Source: Neisseriales bacterium (lineage in GTDB: Bacteria > Pseudomonadota > Gammaproteobacteria > Burkholderiales > Q3-R57-64). Taken from it: 64,000 nucleotides of DNA. A program made the position numbers and the translations under genes. Below are positions 61,056 through 64,000 of the stretch, piece after piece; the stretch's first letter is position 1; each line of letters starts with the position of its first letter. The notes under the pieces were generated by a model. It saw only the letters and a program-made list of their open reading frames with translations, did no database searches and was not told the DNA's origin. The stretch is taken from contig CP064990.1 in assembly GCA_016699915.1 (NCBI GenBank), forward strand, positions 644,456 through 708,455, read 5' to 3'.

Positions 61056-62186
61056 TTATCCATGATATCCCACCGCCTCTTTAAGTACTTGAGCAATATA
61101 CTGTTGTGTTGCAACATCTAAAAAAGGATGCATGGGCAAACTTAACACGGTGGTCGAGGCTGCTTCGGTATGAATAAAGGCACGAGAGGATTGTTGAGCC
61201 ATGCATAACGCGGGTTGTTGATGTAACGGTATCGGATAATGTACCGCTGTTGGAATACCCTGTTTGGCTAGTACTGCTTGCACATGTGGACGATTATTGA
61301 TTTGGATAGTGTACTGCGCATAAGCGCTCAGGCAATCTGGTGCTATCTGAGGTATCTTCACAAAGCCCTTTAGCAGGGCATCATAATTCTTGGCTACTTG
61401 TTGACGAGCCATAATTTCAGCTTCGAAAGTAGGGAATTTAGCCAACAAAATAGCAGCTTGTAGTGTATCTAACCGACCATTTAAACCCAAAGTGGTATGG
61501 ACATAACGCTCGGATTGGCCATGTATACGCATTAAACGCAATTGCTGTGCTAGGGCTGCATCATTGGTAAAACACATCCCCCCATCCCCATAGCAACCCA
61601 ATGGCTTTGCAGGATAAAAACTCGTACAACTTATCGTCGCTAAACGCCCCGATCGCCTGCCCTTATATTGTCCACCAAAACTTTGTGCCGCATCTTCAAT
61701 AACTGCCAAACCATGCTCTTGCGCAATCGCATTGATTGCATCAAAATCAGCGCATTGCCCATATAAATTCACCACCATAATCGCTTTTGTGCGTGGCGTA
61801 ATGGCTGACGCAATGTTTTTTGGATCCATGTTGTAGCTTATCGGATCAATATCAACATAAATAGGCGTAGCGCCTAATAAAGCAATGGTTTCAGCTGTTG
61901 ATATAAAAGTAAAAGGTGTTGTAATTACTTCGTCGCCTGATCCAATATTCAGTGCCATCAGTGCCATCTGTAAAGCGGTTGTACCGTCTGATACACCAAC
62001 AGCATACTTGGTTTGAACAAAATCCGCTAAAGTAGCTTCAAGCTCAGCAACTTCTGGACCTAAAATATATTGCCCATGATTTAAAACTTGTTGGATGCGC
62101 TCATCAATAACAGCTTTAAGTTGCTGATATTGTGTTGCCAGGTCAGTCAATGCGACGGTCATGATTTGAGCTAAAGAAGATTGCAA
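61056..62186 (-). CDS. DegT/DnrJ/EryC1/StrS-family nucleotide-sugar aminotransferase
   Basis: YILGPEVAELE, the PLP-lysine region SFYPAKPLGCYGDGG, and 376 aa. Confidence 0.88.
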   Translation of the reverse strand: MQSSLAQIMTVALTDLATQYQQLKAVIDERIQQVLNHGQYILGPEVAELEATLADFVQTKYAVGVSDGTTALQMALMALNIGSGDEVITTPFTFISTAETIALLGATPIYVDIDPISYNMDPKNIASAITPRTKAIMVVNLYGQCADFDAINAIAQEHGLAVIEDAAQSFGGQYKGRRSGRLATISCTSFYPAKPLGCYGDGGMCFTNDAALAQQLRLMRIHGQSERYVHTTLGLNGRLDTLQAAILLAKFPTFEAEIMARQQVAKNYDALLKGFVKIPQIAPDCLSAYAQYTIQINNRPHVQAVLAKQGIPTAVHYPIPLHQQPALCMAQQSSRAFIHTEAASTTVLSLPMHPFLDVATQQYIAQVLKEAVGYHG

Positions 62187-62265
62187 ATATTCGCATTATA
62201 AACTGTTTCGATCCACAACATCGGCATTGCAACACTACGGATGTAACTCATACCTAAGCTGCTTT

Positions 62266-64000
62266 TTAAACAGCAAGCAAAATAGCTAATAATGCTTCAC
62301 CATAACGCGCTAACTTTGTTTTGCCAATACCGTATATATGCATTAATCCAGCCAGATTGGTTGGTCTTTTCTCAACTAATTCACGTAAGGTGCGATCTGA
62401 AAAAATGACATAAGTAGGCACCTGTTGATTTGCAACGATCCGAGATCGCCAAGCACGTAAAGCTTCCCATAAACGCTCTTGTCGCTCAGAGCGCAACCAT
62501 ATACTCGCTCCTTTCGTCTGATCTTTGCCATCAAAAATTGACAATTTCGCTGTGACGGTTGCTTGACGTTTTAAGACAGAACGACTTTTTTCAAGCAGGT
62601 ACAATGCTTGGTTCGTGGTAACTTCCACATCCAATAGTTCTTGTGCAATCAACTGCCGAATGAGTGCACGCCAAGTTTTCTCGCTGATAGTCTTACCCAT
62701 ACCATAAGTTGATAATTGGTCATGGCGATGAAAGGCTACAAGTGGCGTACGGTTACCGCGTAATATATCAACAATATGTTGTGCTGAAAAAGATTGTTTG
62801 GCACGATAAATGCAGGACATCAACTGCTGCGCAGCAACCGTTGCGTCAACCGTTTTCGGTTGACGCAAACAATTATCGCAGTACCCGCAAGGCTCACTTG
62901 CCTCACAAAAATAGCGCAAAATATATTGACGGCGACAACCAGTATATTCGCAAAAAGCTAAAACTGCTTTGAGCCGATTCAACTCAATCTGTTTGATGTG
63001 AGCTGTTTGCGACTTAACGATTTGCCCTTTGAGTTGTATAAAATCATTGAGCCCGTAGCATAACCAGCTTGTTGCTGGTAATTCATCGCGACCAGCCCGA
63101 CCGGATTCTTGATAGAAATTTTCCATGCTCTTTGGCATATCAAGATGTGCTACGAATCGAATATCCGGTTTATCAATCCCTAGACCAAAGGCAACGGTAG
63201 CCACCATAATACGATTATCTTGATATAAAAAAGCCCGTTGGTTAAGGGTTCTGACATCTGGATCTAAACCAGCATGATAAGGCAGTGCATCAATACCGTG
63301 CTCACAGAGCCATTGCGTAACTTGATCGACTCTTTTTCGTGATAAGCAATACACAATACCTGAAGTACCCATAAAACCGCTACGGATAAAATCTAGTAAC
63401 TGTCTTTTAGCATGATTTTTTTCAACCACCTGATAAAATAAATTAGGTCGATCAAAACTCGAAACGAATTTTTTAGCAGTAGATAAATCAAGATAATGTA
63501 CGATATCTTGGCAAGTTTGTTCGTCTGCTGTTGCAGTCAACGCTAAGCGTGGTACATGCGGATAGCGCTTAGCCAGCACGCCCAACTGCTGATATTCGTG
63601 TCGAAAATAATATCCCCATTGGCTGACACAATGCGCTTCATCAATCGCAAAAAGCGCAATAGATAGCTGATCAAGCAATTTTAAAAAAGCGGGCATCAGG
63701 AGTCGCTCTGGCGCAACATATAACAACGTTAACTGATTTTTACGTATTGCTTGAAAGACAGACTCTATATCAGTCAAAACCATTGAAGAATGCAAGCAAG
63801 CTGCCTTAATACCCAACTCCGTTAAAGCGGCAACTTGATTTTGCATTAAAGCAATAAGGGGTGATATCACAATCGTAATACCTGATCTAATCAGTGCTGG
63901 CAACTGGTAGCATAGCGATTTACCGCCACCCGTTGACATTAATGCTAAAGCATGTCCTCCCGATAGTACTTGCTCAATAATGGCCGCTTGGTCACCACGG
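62266..64000 (-). CDS. recQ: ATP-dependent DNA helicase RecQ (N-terminus runs off the right edge)
   Basis: TGGGKSLCYQLPA, DEAHCVSQWG, a zinc-binding RQC region (CGYCDNC) and a C-terminal HRDC domain. The frame stays open upstream of the track Met to base 64000. Confidence 0.93.
   Translation of the reverse strand, partial: RGDQAAIIEQVLSGGHALALMSTGGGKSLCYQLPALIRSGITIVISPLIALMQNQVAALTELGIKAACLHSSMVLTDIESVFQAIRKNQLTLLYVAPERLLMPAFLKLLDQLSIALFAIDEAHCVSQWGYYFRHEYQQLGVLAKRYPHVPRLALTATADEQTCQDIVHYLDLSTAKKFVSSFDRPNLFYQVVEKNHAKRQLLDFIRSGFMGTSGIVYCLSRKRVDQVTQWLCEHGIDALPYHAGLDPDVRTLNQRAFLYQDNRIMVATVAFGLGIDKPDIRFVAHLDMPKSMENFYQESGRAGRDELPATSWLCYGLNDFIQLKGQIVKSQTAHIKQIELNRLKAVLAFCEYTGCRRQYILRYFCEASEPCGYCDNCLRQPKTVDATVAAQQLMSCIYRAKQSFSAQHIVDILRGNRTPLVAFHRHDQLSTYGMGKTISEKTWRALIRQLIAQELLDVEVTTNQALYLLEKSRSVLKRQATVTAKLSIFDGKDQTKGASIWLRSERQERLWEALRAWRSRIVANQQVPTYVIFSDRTLRELVEKRPTNLAGLMHIYGIGKTKLARYGEALLAILLAV

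Overview
The window is an AT-rich gammaproteobacterial chromosome segment. Gene content and order suggest a Legionellales/Coxiellaceae-like organism, but that is a guess. Most of it is ordinary housekeeping DNA: mltA, kup, proS, rluB, greB, metK, dut, an OPT transporter, pgsA, uvrC, guaB, ppa, pdxA-surA, ruvC, spoT-rpoZ, rpsU-dnaG-rpoD, upp, hda, yajC-secDF, moaA, folA-thyA, two transporters, an LPS/O-antigen cluster and recQ. There are seven tRNA genes.

Three things stand out.

(1) The tRNA-Ile2(CAU) gene downstream of rpoD is split by a 204-nt ORF-less insert. The insert carries the conserved core of a group I (IC3, Azoarcus-type) self-splicing intron.

(2) A ~9.6 kb accessory island (30963-40539) sits directly 3' of tRNA-Ala(CGC). 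It encodes an uncharacterised set of genes:
- a 4-TM coiled-coil protein;
- a membrane-anchored vWA-like protein;
- a TolQ/ExbB/MotA-like channel domain fused to a ~240-aa helical tail (ZorA-like architecture);
- a ~1534-codon SF1 (Upf1/DNA2-like) helicase fused to a DUF559/Vsr-like nuclease;
- a GreA/B C-terminal-domain-only protein;
- a divergently encoded ExbD/TolR/MotB-like small membrane protein.
I read this as a candidate Zorya-like, membrane-coupled helicase-nuclease system, probably for defence, that matches no named system I know. This is inference from motifs only.

(3) The island carries unusual structure and lesions:
- an 80-bp inverted repeat (72/80 identical) brackets the TolQ-like gene;
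- the helicase has one in-frame TAA;
- two genes are split at homopolymer T-runs, one reading U_UUU_UUG and the other UUU_UAA.

Other signs of decay are a multi-frameshifted remnant of a type ISP restriction enzyme, an ImmA-like gene with YExxH instead of HExxH, and an mltA signal peptide with no canonical start codon.

I saw no CRISPR array, integrase, transposase or rRNA. All calls come from reading the supplied translations and the DNA by eye. No searches were run.
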